A stretch of DNA of 64,000 nt from Pirellulaceae bacterium (GCA_032116735.1 JAUMAK010000005.1:12418-76417), one strand, 5' to 3'. Counted from the stretch's first letter, positions 38,401 to 47,529 are shown. The notes: a model not told the origin generated them from the letters alone. A program made the numbers and translations.

Positions 38401-41184
38401 CCATTGGTTCCACAGGTGGATCGCCTCCAATTGCCGGAACGCGGCGGCGATGTCCTCCAGGACCTTGGTCAAGTCTTTCCCCTCGGGGGGCGAGAATCCC
38501 TCTGCCTGGATCGTATCGAGCACGCGACGCATCAGCCGCACGTCGGTCACGTAGCGTCGGTCGGCCTCAGGGCGGCGGAGGTTGAATTCGGAATCGCGGT
38601 CGAGCTGTTCCGAGGCGTAACCCAGCGCTTCGGCGGTTTCGGGCGGCAACTGCCAACGGGGCGTCTGGTCGGCTGTCGCGGCCGGTTTAATTGCGACCGT
38701 CTGGCGGGCCGCTTGGATCGCCGGGAACGAATCGCCGAAGAGCTCATGCAGGCGGTTCTGCGATTCGACCATCATCGACGGGAGCCTCCCGTCGAGCATC
38801 CCGTAACGCTTGCGGGTCGAGATGTCGGCCAGCAGGTCCTTGGCCATCGCCCGGGTCCGCTGTTCTCCGATCTCCGGCTTGGCGTGGTCTTCGATCCGTT
38901 GCAGCCAATCGTCGATCCACCGCTGCAACTGTTCGTTGTGGTTGCGGGTCGATTCGGGGACCGCTTCGCGCAACGAGTCGATCAGTCCTCGGATGTCAAG
39001 GAATTGTTGTGTCGTGACACGATGGTAAGCCGCGAACGATTCCCACCGTACCCCCGAGCCGGGATCGGTCAGCGGGGCGATCGAGCGATCCATGCGATCG
39101 AGGTCATCGGCAAGGGTAACGCTTAGGCGATGGGCCGCGCCAAGTCGAGCGGCGCTATCGATCGCCGTGACCGATTTGAGGAGTTGTCCCATCCAGTCAC
39201 CGGTCGGACGCGCATCGGCGGCGGCTTTTCGTAATTCGGCATCGATCCTCGCGATGCCCCGACCGATCGGTTCGAGTTCGCCGGCTTCGGAATCGTGCAG
39301 CGCAGCCGCGTTCATTTTGTTGATCCGAGCGAGGAGCTTTTGGGTCTGCTCGGCGAGCGGTGGCGCGGCCCGTGAGGGTGTCTGCGGCGCGGCGGTCCCA
39401 ACCTTGGCAGCTGGGACTTGCATCCCGAGCCGTTCCAGGTCGCGCGTCACGGCGTCGGCCCAGAGTTTCAGATCGTCGATCAGTCCCCCCCAGCCGAGAA
39501 GGTTGTCGCGACGCTTGACGCTGAAAGCCTGATCGCTGATCAGGTATTCGCGGACTTCCGATTCGCCCCGCTGCCCTTTGCGGTCGACCGCGACCAAGCG
39601 GGTGCGAAGCAGGTCGCCCGGGCGTAGCGGCTCTTCGCCGGAGCTGAAGCGGTCGAGGTCCCAAACCCAACTTTGCCGCGACCGGGTCGCCTCCGAGAGG
39701 CCGTTGGGCTGGAAGGGTGACGGGTCGCGCTGCCACGCCCCTTGATTGATGGCCGTCTCTTGGAAGAGCTCTTCGATCGGCATTTCGTCTTCGGTCGATA
39801 CCGCCAGTTCGATCGAAGCTCGCGACGGGATCAGTTTGCGGTGATCAGGTCGTCGTGGTTCGTCGAGTGGGTGTTCCGGGAGGTCACCTTCCGGATGGTC
39901 GGCCGAGGCCTCGTGGGAGGCGGCTTGCGCGTCTGTCCATACGACTTGGGGTGGGACGTCGGGGATCCCGACGACCGCATATTGGGGGCTGAGCGAGTTA
40001 TCGAACCCCGTAAGCGCGTCGCTGGCGACGACTTGGTAACGGTCGTCACGGGTGACTTGGAAGGACGCTTCCCATCGGTTACCGCCGGCCGCGGTCAGCC
40101 CCTTCATCGGGATCCGGACATCGGCGTCGATCAGCCTCAGCTCGGGCCGGACCACGGGGGCGGCGAACGAGGCGGTTACGGTCAATGTGCTGTCGCGGAG
40201 CACCTGAATGTTACCCTCCTCGGATGTCGCCGTCTCTTCCGGTAGTCGGGAGTACGACGGGGGTGTGACGCGGAACTCGAAGCCGACCACTTTGGGGCGG
40301 GGCTTCGGTTCGAGCCGGTGCCAAGCGGTGACGCCGTCGCCCGCCAGGACCCGGTATCGGATCGGGGCGTCACCGACCGGGAGGTTGCCGGCCAATTCGG
40401 TAACCGCTTCGACGCCACCGGAGGTCGGCCTCTCTTCGAGAGCGCGGAGCTCGATCGCGCCGCTGGCGCCGTCGGGGGTCTGCCACTCGAGGCTCCCTGT
40501 GTTCGTGACTTGCCCCGAGGTCGCTACCCGAACCGCCGTCCATTCGTTCGCCGGGACGTCGGCCGATGCGGGGCTTGGGGAAAGGATCTCGATCTTGGTC
40601 CGCGAGACGCGATCGAGGTCGATCCCCGGGATGATCGCCCGCGCGAGCCGCGTCCCGTAGCGGAGGTCAGGGATCAACAGCATCGATCCGGCCGCGGCGG
40701 CGAGCGCCCCGGCGATCAACAGCGGCTTGCGGATCAACGCCAGCGGAAGGATGTCTGGGATTTCGACCCGGGCCAAGCGAGCCGCGACGTCCCGCTGGGC
40801 CGCTTCGATGAAAGCCCGCGACCCCGAGAGCGATCCGCGGGCCGATTCGCTCGCCAGCTCGAACGCCGACAAGAGCCGGTCCCGCATTTCGGGGCGGGCC
40901 GATTCCAAAGCGATCGCGGCCCGACGTAGCGGCCGCTCGCGGCGCGATCGCGAAAAGCCTAAATAAGCAAAGAGGGTAAGCGCCATGCCATGGACCAGCA
41001 GGCTCAGCGTCATCCGGGTGGGGCGTTCGATGACCCAGATCGCGTCGATCAGCACAAGGGCCAAGATCCCGAGGATCCAGAGGACCAGCGCGGCAAGGGC
41101 GGCACGGAGCAGGACCAATCGACGCTGGCGTCTGGCGAATCGCTGCAGCCGCGCGCCGATCAACGGATCGAGTGCGATACTCAT
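35452..41184 (-). CDS. giant (1910 aa) membrane-anchored coiled-coil protein, DUF4175-like architecture
   Basis: N-terminal TM helices (LRAALAALVLWILGILALVLIDAIWVI; LSLLVHGMALTLFAYLGF; LLIAGALAAAAGSMLLI) and a mixed middle region. A very long A/E/Q/R-rich heptad-like region follows, then a Q/N/S/G low-complexity tail and the C-terminal SPEYRRQIEAYFRAIAE. The start is 1 nt after the upstream stop. Confidence 0.7.
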   Translation of the reverse strand: MSIALDPLIGARLQRFARRQRRLVLLRAALAALVLWILGILALVLIDAIWVIERPTRMTLSLLVHGMALTLFAYLGFSRSRRERPLRRAAIALESARPEMRDRLLSAFELASESARGSLSGSRAFIEAAQRDVAARLARVEIPDILPLALIRKPLLIAGALAAAAGSMLLIPDLRYGTRLARAIIPGIDLDRVSRTKIEILSPSPASADVPANEWTAVRVATSGQVTNTGSLEWQTPDGASGAIELRALEERPTSGGVEAVTELAGNLPVGDAPIRYRVLAGDGVTAWHRLEPKPRPKVVGFEFRVTPPSYSRLPEETATSEEGNIQVLRDSTLTVTASFAAPVVRPELRLIDADVRIPMKGLTAAGGNRWEASFQVTRDDRYQVVASDALTGFDNSLSPQYAVVGIPDVPPQVVWTDAQAASHEASADHPEGDLPEHPLDEPRRPDHRKLIPSRASIELAVSTEDEMPIEELFQETAINQGAWQRDPSPFQPNGLSEATRSRQSWVWDLDRFSSGEEPLRPGDLLRTRLVAVDRKGQRGESEVREYLISDQAFSVKRRDNLLGWGGLIDDLKLWADAVTRDLERLGMQVPAAKVGTAAPQTPSRAAPPLAEQTQKLLARINKMNAAALHDSEAGELEPIGRGIARIDAELRKAAADARPTGDWMGQLLKSVTAIDSAARLGAAHRLSVTLADDLDRMDRSIAPLTDPGSGVRWESFAAYHRVTTQQFLDIRGLIDSLREAVPESTRNHNEQLQRWIDDWLQRIEDHAKPEIGEQRTRAMAKDLLADISTRKRYGMLDGRLPSMMVESQNRLHELFGDSFPAIQAARQTVAIKPAATADQTPRWQLPPETAEALGYASEQLDRDSEFNLRRPEADRRYVTDVRLMRRVLDTIQAEGFSPPEGKDLTKVLEDIAAAFRQLEAIHLWNQWLMELRTLADTERWDIDTAGAWLDAPRRWERVQRGLDHSLGALERSGIPWEVRQPLHDAVHHSETSRIAGAITTRRYQRSPAISLADDLDKKAEALVAAGEGLAPVAAEARRRLQAYLPDLGEMAGETAESLRKAEQAARQPEPEKPRESSQQLAELQRQIAAQAESLKEALIDEANTQDLTTREGMDRAREADIASRALEMRMDEAAEATNRAISQAEQATEPQAAAEALQAAADPLAQAAQTLERIANHYQQQRSPDNPDAQANEGADLAALEEELDLKQKLDEEFARSKMLAEALRSDPREMLDQLAQELKRNEAMRKELQRIARQSIRDAQQTLDQQAQRERELRLELERQDPRLLDEKRRLEDAIRTALDQTAAVQRSRLHTARQTAARLLSPGLPEPLAKAATENRQRLDAAVDQLQQATQAASAIRAAEQELMEDLKRTAEALRESLGKASEAFDQAAETTDQIRQDPKAEIPGDPRKAEQRDMQNLQRQARDTLAGAIRGAVNRTNQAASQSEQSARNANGQTRQAERALGDAQKRLDQKPDDPELKRLRDAAARKVEGEKTKEAIAQEESNRRREEANRTREQLAEIGRTPLPALDTPRPAGELTEAMLDRAAEEIAAQRDSLAAAAKRAAEAAPVLGEATPLANSRQTQAQVESEVGRAAENLQRSARHLQRLQSETPHQPISDVAQAVAKVAQEPVAQATQTLADTASAAQQQPQQSAPADAAAQKLRDAEAAIAQQAKALADQLAKMGPDPSADNNQQGDESANPANQLARTLDELDRSLTQSRRGQEGQPQPSQQPGQSEQSGQQQQANGDTDPNAQSNQQGNQLASGSQANPSGSANQSGQNRPSSPTLASEARRQMQQMAMNRTLPNQQPANESSPGPQGENASQQGDPAQGQPGTAASSRSGLGSIGSDPDSFRLGEAGARRGGEWGRLRQLEAEDTSVQRRIEVSPEYRRQIEAYFRAIAEQGQER

Positions 41185-41185
41185 A

Positions 41186-43597
41186 TCAGATCAACCCCGC
41201 CTTTTTTCGGAACCACCATTCGGCCGTTAACAGGCCGATGACCATCCAGAACCATGGGAACGATTCGGCCAGCGGGTAGCGACGGGTTTCGATCCGCCCG
41301 TCGCTCAGCGGGGCGATCGCGTCCCAGACTTTTTGCGCCTCCGACTCGTCAGCGTAAACCCCGCCCGAAGACTCGGCGAGCGACCCCAGGAGGTCGACGT
41401 CCTGCGCCAATCGCGATGCCTCGCGATCGGGAGGTGGGACGACCAACATTGATGTCTTGACCTCTTGCGATTCGTTGTAACCGGCCGAGCGGAGCGAGAT
41501 CTCGTAAACCCCAGACCCAAGCGGTCCTGATCGCCCTTCATAAATCCCGCGGTCCGCATCGACGTTCTTCAGCAACACCGTTTCGGGGCCACCCGCGCCC
41601 CCACTCAGGATCGCCTCGACGATCGCGCCCCCTACCGGCTTGCCGGAGGCGTCGCGGAGCTGTGCTCGGAGCGTCGCCGACTCGCCGGCCGTGTACTGGG
41701 GGGAGCCCACGGCGAGCGAAACGTATCGGTCTTTGACTTCGAACGGCGGCTGCATGATCGCCTCGAGCAACTGATTCCAGAAGCGATTATGGTAGCGGTC
41801 GGCGACACGGTACCGCCATCGCCAAGTTTGATCGAAGGCAAGGTAGACCGCTTGACCTCCCCCAAACCTGCGGGTGACCACCGCGGGCGACGCGGGGGAT
41901 GAATTCATCGGTTCCGTTTCGAGCCAAACCTCGGATCCCGGCAGCCCCGTGACGCCTCTCAGTTTGGTCGGCGGCGCGAGGGTTCCCCAGACCGACGCGT
42001 CATCACCAAGCCGCAGGGCGGCTTGACCGGCACCCAGCGCGGTCGGCCTGAGAGACCGTGGGGCGGATAGCATCGGGTCGGTCGTCAGCTTGACCGGCAA
42101 CACGGCCCCGACCGGGGAGTCTGACAGCGATGCCAAGCCGTTGCGGTCGCCATCGATAAAGACGATCGCACCCCCTTGGGAGACATAATCTCGAAGACGC
42201 TCAAGCTCATCCCTGGTGAAGGGGTCGTGCCCGCAGTCACCCCAAATGACAGCGTCGTAGGCTGCCATCCCCTGGGTGTCGGCGGGGAAGGTCCCTTCGC
42301 GTCGGTCCCGCACCACTTGCCCACCCATCGTTCTTGGCGGCGCGATCAGCGTGTCGACTTGCCACGAGGGGTCGCGGTCAAAAAGGTTGAAGAGGTAACG
42401 CGTCTCCCAGCGGCTCCGCGAATCGACGATCAGCAACTTCCGTTGCCGCAAATTCGCCGAGACGCGGAAATCGAGCCGATTGTTCTTCGTATCGAGTTGG
42501 CCAGCGATCGGGTCGATGCTCACCGATAGCGGCAAGGTGACCCGCGTCCGTTTGACGTCCCCTTCCCCACCTCCGCCGAGCCGTTCGATGAGAGGTGCGA
42601 CGGCAAAATCGAACCCGACGCGGCGCTGGGGAACGCCCTGGCTCGAGAGCGTCTCTTCCCAAACCGTCTGATCCCCCATCATCACCCGCAACCGCAGCGC
42701 CTCCCCTGCCCCCGCGAGGTCCTTGATCGTCACTTGCCCGCTGATCCTGCCCCCGGCCGAAACGCTCGGTGGGACGTTGACCCCCAGGATCGCGACATCG
42801 CGAGGCTCTGCCTTCGACCCGAAGCCGATCGTGTGGACGGGGACGCGGGAGTCTCCCAGGCGTTGTGACCAGACGGCCGGGGGCGAGCCGACGTTGTGCT
42901 GGCCATCCGACAACAGGATCACCGCCGCTCGCCCGGAAGCCTGGTCCCCCTCGCCACGCAGGACCCGCGACGCGATCGGGTCGCCGAGGTTTGTGAAGCC
43001 ACCCCCGACAAAGTTCGATCCGCTCGCGTCCGACGATTGGTCGCCCGGCAAAGCCACAGAACCCGGTTCGGGCGAATTCGGCGGTTCGGCCGTTACCGGC
43101 GCGGCGCGGAGCGAATCCGGAAGTGGTAAGTCGGATCGCGAATCCCACAGCAACCTGACGTCGTCCTCGCGGAGCCGGTGGATCAGGACGTGATGGGTTT
43201 GTCGAACCGAATCCAACCAACCGGCTCGGCCCGAGGCCTCGCCGGTTAACAGTTCCCATGCCCGCTCGAGCCTGGCCCGCGGCGGGGAGGCGCCCTCCGG
43301 ACCGGGGCCCGCGGCTTGGGCGGAATCGTTCGTCAACATGCTGCCGCTGGCATCGATGAACAGGTCGATCGTCGGTACCGAACCGCTGATTTTTTGATAG
43401 CTCAACACCGGTCCGGCGAGCATCAACAGGGCGAGCGCCAGGGCACCGCCTCGGAGCAACGGTAGGAGCCAAGACCAGGGCGGGTCGAGGCGTCGGGTCT
43501 CGCGGCGATACAACCATGCGAGCGCGACAGCGGCCGCGATGGCGATCGCCAGGGCGGTCGCCATCGACATTTCGCCTTGAGATTGCAAACGGAACAT
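41186..43597 (-). CDS. BatA-like double-TM / von Willebrand factor A domain protein with a C-terminal amidotransferase-like module
   Basis: 803 aa. Two N-terminal TM helices (ALAIAIAAAVALAWLY; LLRGGALALALLMLAGPVL). MIDAS DxSxS (IDLFIDASGSM) and AAVILLSDGQHNVG of a VWA domain. Later LLIVDSRSRWETRY and GGAIVFIDGD resemble the DUF1355 / class-I GATase-like fold. Confidence 0.7.
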   Translation of the reverse strand: MFRLQSQGEMSMATALAIAIAAAVALAWLYRRETRRLDPPWSWLLPLLRGGALALALLMLAGPVLSYQKISGSVPTIDLFIDASGSMLTNDSAQAAGPGPEGASPPRARLERAWELLTGEASGRAGWLDSVRQTHHVLIHRLREDDVRLLWDSRSDLPLPDSLRAAPVTAEPPNSPEPGSVALPGDQSSDASGSNFVGGGFTNLGDPIASRVLRGEGDQASGRAAVILLSDGQHNVGSPPAVWSQRLGDSRVPVHTIGFGSKAEPRDVAILGVNVPPSVSAGGRISGQVTIKDLAGAGEALRLRVMMGDQTVWEETLSSQGVPQRRVGFDFAVAPLIERLGGGGEGDVKRTRVTLPLSVSIDPIAGQLDTKNNRLDFRVSANLRQRKLLIVDSRSRWETRYLFNLFDRDPSWQVDTLIAPPRTMGGQVVRDRREGTFPADTQGMAAYDAVIWGDCGHDPFTRDELERLRDYVSQGGAIVFIDGDRNGLASLSDSPVGAVLPVKLTTDPMLSAPRSLRPTALGAGQAALRLGDDASVWGTLAPPTKLRGVTGLPGSEVWLETEPMNSSPASPAVVTRRFGGGQAVYLAFDQTWRWRYRVADRYHNRFWNQLLEAIMQPPFEVKDRYVSLAVGSPQYTAGESATLRAQLRDASGKPVGGAIVEAILSGGAGGPETVLLKNVDADRGIYEGRSGPLGSGVYEISLRSAGYNESQEVKTSMLVVPPPDREASRLAQDVDLLGSLAESSGGVYADESEAQKVWDAIAPLSDGRIETRRYPLAESFPWFWMVIGLLTAEWWFRKKAGLI

Positions 43598-43757
43598 TGG
43601 CGGCCGCGGCGGGGGGATGGGTTGGAGCTTCCGATTCTAACAATCGTACTCAAGATGATCACGCGGCGTTGACGATCCTAGCGAATGTACGGAATGAACC
43701 GACCCGGGGCCATGGTTTCGCTGGCGAACGGGTAACCGCAAATGTGAGGTCGAAACC

Positions 43758-44801
43758 GTGTCTTTTTTGATTCGCAAGCGTTCCGCCGCTATTCCCATGC
43801 TGCTCGCTTCGGTGTGGACCTTCGGGGATGCCCCGACGGCCAGCGCTCAGAGGGCCGTCGTCCCCGGCGCGGGGACCGAGATCGTTGGGGTGGCCGACGA
43901 CTTCGAAGATCCTAATTGGCAGTTTATCCCCAACAATCCCAAGAGCACGGAAGATATCGACGAGAATCAGCGTGCGCCGATGGGGAAAACGACCAACGGC
44001 CGGTGGTACGAGGGGATCAAGCGGGGGCATCCCGATGAGGTGAAGCGGGTCCCGACTCCCTCGGGAGGTCTCGCCGGCAGCAGCGGCGCGATGCTGATGC
44101 GGAGCCGCGATACCGGGATCCCCGGCCGCCCCAGTGGCGAAATGCACCAGGACGACTTCGTTTGCAACGTCCAATATCGCCTCAAACGCCCGATCCAAAT
44201 TTCGGAAGTCCCCAGCGTGACGACGCGAGTTTTCCTGCCACCGGTCGCCCAATGGGAACCCCGAAGCGGCCCCCACTTCGGTTTCCGGCTCGCCTTGGAA
44301 ACGACAGCGATGATCGAACAGCGGATCGGAAAGACCCCGCTCAAGACGAAATCGAAGGGGAATGAAGTCTACTGGCCCGGGATGTTCATCGAATTCGAAA
44401 GCAAGGCTCAGACCGGCAAGGAAGATGACTACGCCTATCTTCGCATCCGCAGCAACAGCCAGGGCGGCGACTTTCGCGGGCCCCAAATCACCCAGACCGG
44501 GTGGTGGACCCTGGGAATGTCGGTTACCCCGGACGGCATGGTGCACTACTACGCCAAGCCCGGCATCGAAGAGTTGACTGAAGATGACTACATCACGAGC
44601 CAATTTCCCTACAGCTATCGGGCCGAGCGGTTCCGGACCTTCTTTTACAATATTTGCAGCGCTGATAACGGCCGCCAATGGAGCACGGCGTTCATCGTCG
44701 ACGACCCCAAAGTTTACGTCTTACGCCCCTCCGGAAGTGGCCAAATGGCTGCCGTTCCCGCCCCGGCCAAGGCGAGCGGCGGCAAAGGGGTGCGCCGCTA
44801 G
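43758..44801 (+). CDS. hypothetical secreted protein
   Basis: 347 aa, GTG start, signal peptide MSFLIRKRSAAIPMLLASVWTFGDAPTASAQ. Balanced composition (K, Y, W, N, F present) and GC-rich third positions. The antisense 339-aa ORF has shadow-type R/G/P/A composition. Confidence 0.55.
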   Translation: MSFLIRKRSAAIPMLLASVWTFGDAPTASAQRAVVPGAGTEIVGVADDFEDPNWQFIPNNPKSTEDIDENQRAPMGKTTNGRWYEGIKRGHPDEVKRVPTPSGGLAGSSGAMLMRSRDTGIPGRPSGEMHQDDFVCNVQYRLKRPIQISEVPSVTTRVFLPPVAQWEPRSGPHFGFRLALETTAMIEQRIGKTPLKTKSKGNEVYWPGMFIEFESKAQTGKEDDYAYLRIRSNSQGGDFRGPQITQTGWWTLGMSVTPDGMVHYYAKPGIEELTEDDYITSQFPYSYRAERFRTFFYNICSADNGRQWSTAFIVDDPKVYVLRPSGSGQMAAVPAPAKASGGKGVRR

Positions 44802-44987
44802 GACAGCTTTCGGTAGGGTTCTCCGTTGACGCGGAGGCCAAAAGTGATTTTCATGATGAGTCCGAGGTGTCCGGGTGAGTGCTCGGGTTGCACGGACGGG
44901 ACAAGTTACACTAAGAGATCGTCGGGCCGGCGGGCTGCGATTTCCCCGCGGCGATCCATCGATCCCAAGAGGCAATTTTGAACGACG

Positions 44988-45371
44988 ATGAACGATGTAT
45001 CGAGTAAGTCGAGTAATTCGTTGACCCTTTCGGTAGGCCAAGTCGACGAGCAGTTGGCTCACCTCTGGATGGTGCGGACTTTCATCAAGCACAGTGATGA
45101 GTCCCAGGATGATGAAGACCTTCGCGAAATCGCACGCGAGCTCTACGACTTTATTCTAGCGCTCGCGCCGGCAAAGAACGCCGAGGACGACGAGGCCTAC
45201 GTCAAAATGGCCCGCAAGAAATTCCCCAAAGTGAAGAAGGCCGCGGAGTTATTTAACGAGATCTACGCCGACGTTAGCTCGCATACGAACTTCGAGATGG
45301 CCAACAAGTCGCTGCAACTGGTCATCCAGAAGATCGAACAGATCCTGCAGGGGCTCGGCCAGCAGGGGTAG
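44988..45371 (+). CDS. hypothetical small acidic/Lys-rich helical protein
   Basis: 127 aa with an ATG start. Helical-looking sequence (DLREIARELYDFILALAPAKNAEDDEAYVKMARKKFPKVKKAAELFNEIY). Local GC is lower than in the neighbours. No family recognised. Confidence 0.45.
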   Translation: MNDVSSKSSNSLTLSVGQVDEQLAHLWMVRTFIKHSDESQDDEDLREIARELYDFILALAPAKNAEDDEAYVKMARKKFPKVKKAAELFNEIYADVSSHTNFEMANKSLQLVIQKIEQILQGLGQQG

Positions 45372-45537
45372 CGGTTCGGCCGCCTCGATCATCGTTGCCA
45401 CGCGTCGGTCGCCGGCCGCCGCGCACTTCGGTAGTGGCGGTCTGCCGGTCCGCCAGAACCTCGGGCCTGAATCGCAACGGCGAAGTCAGGCCTGTCGCGA
45501 TGCCCAACATCAACCGTGCTTTATCGTAGCGAAGGGT

Positions 45538-46596
45538 TCAGAAGTCGCCGATCACTTCCCCACCACCCCGAGACCCCAACCCGCGATAGATCTGCCGGTC
45601 GATGCTGTCGGTAAGTGGCCGGACCGACCCGTCCATCATCACCCCTTGGACCAAGCCCTCATGGAAGCTCCGGGAGGTGATCGCCCCGCGACCGATCTCC
45701 GTGGCGATCCGGCCCTCGCCGCTGCTGTAGGCGTCGATGTCATAGGTGCGGCCTTCGCGGACACACGAAACGGCCGTATTGGGGGTGAAGGTGGTCGTGA
45801 AACCGCTGTGGACCGCCAAGCCGCAAACCCACTCGGTGTGCCCCCCGCTTTCGGACCACTCCCCGCCTTGTGCGGCCGCAACGATATCCTCCGGACGGAG
45901 CGGTTCGGCCACCGGTAAGTCGGCGTCAAAGAAAACAGGTGTGTAACCCTTGACCTCCGACATCGCCAAGGTGTTGCTCAGCCCGTCGGTGAACGCCGCC
46001 GCCCCGAATCGGGCATTCGGGGCAAACGCCGCGCCGCCATCCGAGCGGTTGAGGGGGTTATAAACGAGGTAACGCCCCACGCTTAGCGTATAGTTCAGCG
46101 GATGGTGCAGGGCCTCTCGGGTGGTCGGATCGACCCATCCCCGATCGTTGACCTCGGACGGACACATCAGCACGGGGATTCGCGTTGAAGCGATCCCTCC
46201 CGGTGGGAATGCGGCCCGATTGGAAGGCGAATGGTACCCGGTGGTGAAGTCGATCCGCGAATAGCTGTTGCCGCCCTCGACAAATGGGAGCAGGAACGAT
46301 TGGCCTGACCAATGCACCGAAGACGGGCCAGTCGCAACGGTCGAAGGGGGAAAGACCCGATGGGTCGATTCGTAATTGTGCAACGCTAACCCGAGTTGCT
46401 TGAGGTTGTTTTGGCAACTCATCCGCCTGGCGGCCTCGCGGGCCGCTTGCACGGCAGGTAGCAGCAACCCGACCATCACCCCGATGATCGCGATCACCAC
46501 CAACAACTCCACAAGTGTAAAACCGCCCGTCGTTTGTGGGCCTCGGGGTTCGCGGCCCCGGGTGGGACAAACCGTCTGACGATGGCGAAACATCAA
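45538..46596 (-). CDS. DUF1559 protein (type II secretion prepilin-like N-terminus, H-X9-DG motif)
   Basis: 352 aa. Prepilin cleavage/methylation motif GGFTLVELLVVIAIIGVMVGLLLPAVQAAREAARRMSCQNNLKQLGLALHNYES. C-terminal H-X9-DG (FHEGLVQGVMMDGSV). Confidence 0.9.
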   Translation of the reverse strand: MMFRHRQTVCPTRGREPRGPQTTGGFTLVELLVVIAIIGVMVGLLLPAVQAAREAARRMSCQNNLKQLGLALHNYESTHRVFPPSTVATGPSSVHWSGQSFLLPFVEGGNSYSRIDFTTGYHSPSNRAAFPPGGIASTRIPVLMCPSEVNDRGWVDPTTREALHHPLNYTLSVGRYLVYNPLNRSDGGAAFAPNARFGAAAFTDGLSNTLAMSEVKGYTPVFFDADLPVAEPLRPEDIVAAAQGGEWSESGGHTEWVCGLAVHSGFTTTFTPNTAVSCVREGRTYDIDAYSSGEGRIATEIGRGAITSRSFHEGLVQGVMMDGSVRPLTDSIDRQIYRGLGSRGGGEVIGDF

Positions 46597-47121
46597 TCCA
46601 TCTCGAAAAATAGGACCCTACGGCGCACCCGCCCAAGCGGCGTTGGCAACGCGGCAATTCCGGCATTGCCCCCTGTTGGCGGGCGTGCTTCCGGGCGGGT
46701 GAGGGCACCGGCCTTGCTGAGAATCAATCTCATTAAGATTAGGCGGGGTGTCCAGGATGTCAATGTTTGGTGACGATCCACTGTCGCTGGCCCCCTTTTC
46801 AATCCGGATTGTCGCTATGACCGGAAAATCGGAGCCGATTCGGCCCATATTTCCCCAAGATGGGCTATTTCCTGGTGCGAGTCCCGGGGGATTAATTAGA
46901 GTCGGCGGGGTTCAATCCGAAATCGAAGTAACTTCCGAGAACCGAATCGCCTTTTCCGGCGTATGCACGTGTAACCTTGGTAAAGCGTCTTCTCAGATCT
47001 CGGGTTGTCCCTGGGGAGAGGATTGCGGGAAACCGAAGGGGTTTCGCGAAGTTCCAAGGTTTTTCCGCCTGAAGAGGGCGGTACCATCGACGACAAGGTC
47101 AACATCGAGTGAGGTAAGTCC

Positions 47122-47529
47122 ATGGCACGACAGGATTCGATCGAGAAGCTTCGCGGCATGTTGTTGCGTCGACGCGAGGCCCTCGCCCGTTCGATCCAGG
47201 GGGATATGAAGCTTCTGCGGGAGTTTCATGGCGAAACATCGGGCGACGTCCTCGACGCGGCCGCCGACACGGTCCAGGACGAAATGAACAGTCGATTGTT
47301 GGAGGTCGAGAGCGATGAACTTCGGGCGATCGATGCGGCGATCGAGCGGATCAAGGACGGGACCTACGGGACCTGTCAGGATTGTGGAAAACCGATCCCA
47401 CTGAAACGTTTGCAGGCCGTCCCTTACGTCGTCGATTGCATCGGCTGTCGGCGGGAAGCGGAAAAGCGGTCCGATTCGAAGGCCTCTGGTTGGAGTAGCT
47501 CCGTCTCCTACGGGTACAGTCAAAACTGA
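47122..47529 (+). CDS. dksA: DksA/TraR family C4 zinc-finger transcription factor
   Basis: 135 aa. Coiled-coil with a DxxDxA tip motif (GDVLDAAAD). Zinc finger CQDCGKPIPLKRLQAVPYVVDCIGC (CxxC-N17-CxxC). Confidence 0.8.
   Translation: MARQDSIEKLRGMLLRRREALARSIQGDMKLLREFHGETSGDVLDAAADTVQDEMNSRLLEVESDELRAIDAAIERIKDGTYGTCQDCGKPIPLKRLQAVPYVVDCIGCRREAEKRSDSKASGWSSSVSYGYSQN

Noticed and set aside
35133-43643. Many 100-420-aa ORFs on both strands within the giant gene and the VWA gene (e.g. 35133-36305, 36022-37257, 38170-39126, 42378-43643)
   Set aside because: All are alternative frames of two long genes with repetitive A/E/Q/R codon content. Their products are Arg/Gly/Pro/Ser-rich and they lack start context.
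43659-44678. 339-aa ORF on the - strand, almost fully overlapping the 347-aa + strand ORF
   Set aside because: The composition is a typical high-GC antisense shadow (R/G/P/A-rich, few K/Y/N) with no signal or motif. The + strand frame has a signal peptide, balanced composition and GC-rich third positions.
46905-46925. GGGGTTCAATCCGAAATC, resembling a tRNA T-arm (GGTTCRAATCC)
   Set aside because: No complementary 5-bp T-stem, acceptor stem or anticodon arm can be drawn around it. I found no other tRNA-like sequence in the window.
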